From Octopus bimaculoides (taxonomy: Eukaryota): 50,944 nt of DNA. The stretch covers positions 64,781,442-64,832,385 of the forward strand of contig NC_068992.1 in the NCBI RefSeq assembly GCF_001194135.2, in the 5' to 3' direction. The notes beneath the pieces were generated by a model that worked only from the letters and a program-made list of their open reading frames with translations, did not search any database and was not told where the DNA came from. Of this stretch, positions 49,041 to 50,944 are shown piece by piece (the first letter of the stretch is position 1; each line of letters begins with the position of its first letter). Made by a program: the position numbers and the translations under genes.

Positions 49041-49418
49041 GGAGAATAAATATTGAAATAGTTTCTTTGTGCAGTGAAATAAAATAAATATCTCAGACAA
49101 TGTTATTATAAATGTTAGACTATTTCGAAAACCTCAACAAAATATCAGAGGGAAAAATAACGATTTCATTTCCGTTTGGGTTGTTAAAGGTTGTGGTTCT
49201 TAAATGTTGTGTGAAATCACCTTTTACTTATAGCAAACAATGTATAACTTTGTAGTCTTTTGATAAATTGTCGATGCATTTTTTTTAAAGTTTATTTGCA
49301 ACGTATGGAAATTATAAGAAAACATACATTGCCAAACATCGCTGTTTTGAATGGAGGTTTGGATCCGAAAGAAAATTTTATCGTCGATGACAGTTTAAAA
49401 ATCCGAATATGTTTTTAA
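49041..49418 (+). pseudogene. Possible decayed MATH/TRAF-domain coding relic
   Basis: Colinear peptides RINIEIVSL, NVRLFRKP..NDFISVWV, MLCEITFYL and LDPKENFIVDDSLKIRI follow the beta-strand order of MATH domains. There are in-frame stops and at least one frameshift. This is a by-eye resemblance only. Confidence 0.35.
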
Positions 49419-49958
49419 AGTGTTATGCAAACTAAACCACTTTCTAACTAATAATATATCATTTTTAGTGAGACAGATAAAACGAAAAAGAGAAGAATAA
49501 AAGAAATGACCAAAGAGAAGAAACGACAGCAAACAACGATAAAAATAAAGATATATTTCGGGAAAAAAACATAGAACATAAACAAAAGGAAAGCCTACGT
49601 AAAAAAGAAAAGAAAATGAACAGAGAAATGATAAAGAAAGATGAAGATTCGAGATATACCAATATTAATAATACTTGTGCCATCTGCCGAGAACTTTTTA
49701 ATTTTATGGAAGAGCATATCTTTGAAAATATTTCTAAAGCTAAAAATCTCATTTTTATAAAATATTACACAAGAGAAGAAAAACAAATAAAAATCACCGA
49801 AATCCGGAAGCAGATGTTAAGAATTTTCATCGAATGTTAAATGGAAATTTGGTAAAAGATATTCCATAACTATTTTCTATTTTACTCATTATTTTATTTT
49901 GGAACAAATGCCACATGTCATCGCCAAACTACAACAAGGTTTTTATATATATATATAT

Positions 49959-49998
<40 letters not shown>

Positions 49999-50368
49999 TG
50001 TATGTGTGTGTATGCGCGTGTGTGCATAATCACATTTCACACTCGCATCTGTTAATCTGTGTGTATGAGAAAATAAGCAAATAATAGCAGATATTGTAAT
50101 GTTGGTAAAAATTGAGAATGATGGCGACTATGATGATGCTGCTGATGATGATGTATCTTTAGATAAAAGAGAATATCGTTGTGATATATANNNNNNNNNN
50201 NNNNNNNNNNNNNNNNNNNNNNNNNNNNNNNNNNNNNNNNNNNNNNNNNNNNNNNNNNNNNNNNNNNNNNNNNNNNNNNNNNNNNNNNNNNNNNNNNNNN
50301 NNNNNNNNNNNNNNNNNNNNNNNNNNNATATATATGTATATATATGTGTATATATATATATATATATT

Positions 50369-50413
<45 letters not shown>

Positions 50414-50689
50414 ATCTATATATATATATACATATATATGTATATATGTATATATATATATACATACATATATATGTATATACGTATATATATATATATT
50501 TATGTATGTATGTATATGATGTGATCCCTTCCCAGCTGCCGCATCTCGCTGGAATCCTTGTATAAAAGGAAAGGAAACGGAAAAGAAAAGATGAGGTCTA
50601 TTGACGTTGAGTGGAGAAATGGCCATTCTGGGGTTGTGGCATAAGAGGTACGTTATTGTGGGGCGCGGCGTTGCCACATTTGGCTGCGG

Positions 50690-50944
50690 GATGTCGCTGC
50701 TGCTGCTGATGATGACGATGATGACGACGACGACATTGATAATGATGACGTTGATGCAGCTGATGCTGGTGATGATAATGATGATGATGATGGTGGTGGT
50801 GATGATGATGCATTCACTGATGTATATTGTCCATACAGTTAACGTTGCCATGGCATTTCCTGTAAACTTCGCTATGTTTACTGTTGGTGTTGCTGTTCTT
50901 GTTGTTGCTGATGCTGACGTCATTGTGCTGTTGCTGTTACTGTT
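50690..50944. repeat. Degenerate (GCT/GAT/GAC/GGT/GTT) trinucleotide tract running to the window end
   Basis: Seen directly; it generates the poly-H/Q/S/I ORFs on the - strand. Confidence 0.85.

Noticed and set aside
50537-50644. [10 protein letters not shown]...IDVEWRNG resembling the plexin cytoplasmic LDAIYK...MDLEWRQG segment
   Set aside because: The frame ends in a stop before the donor, the spacing differs by one residue, and no other plexin exon was found.
19794-50923. Four TGACGTCA (CRE) sites at about 19794, 33521, 37391 and 50916
   Set aside because: They are widely scattered and not clustered at any demonstrated promoter; the count is too small to interpret.

Overview
This is AT-rich, microsatellite-saturated eukaryotic genomic DNA with 12 N-gaps (~5.0 kb in total), each flanked by simple repeats. 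From memory, the SINE families resemble the abundant repeats of octopus/coleoid cephalopod genomes. That is inference; no search was run. I cannot identify any intact protein-coding gene, and almost all ORFs in the supplied track are microsatellite or N-gap artefacts. The sequence supports about 25 SINE-like copies in five families, a decayed mariner transposase 3' end with its TIR (34.2-34.6 kb), a decayed CR1-type LINE RT 3' end (45.8-46.3 kb), a possible LINE endonuclease relic, a possible Helitron 3' end, and five Penelope-like element (PLE) termini. The most interesting signals are: (1) minimal type I hammerhead-ribozyme folds in the PLE ends, two of them structurally complete but each with a non-canonical core base (36510-36554 +, 6278-6314 -); (2) a 306-bp near-perfect foldback with nested inverted repeats (44739-45044); (3) a decayed MATH-domain-like relic followed by a K/E-rich CxxC frame (49.0-49.8 kb); (4) several exon-like and microexon-like segments that could belong to an unrecognised host gene.
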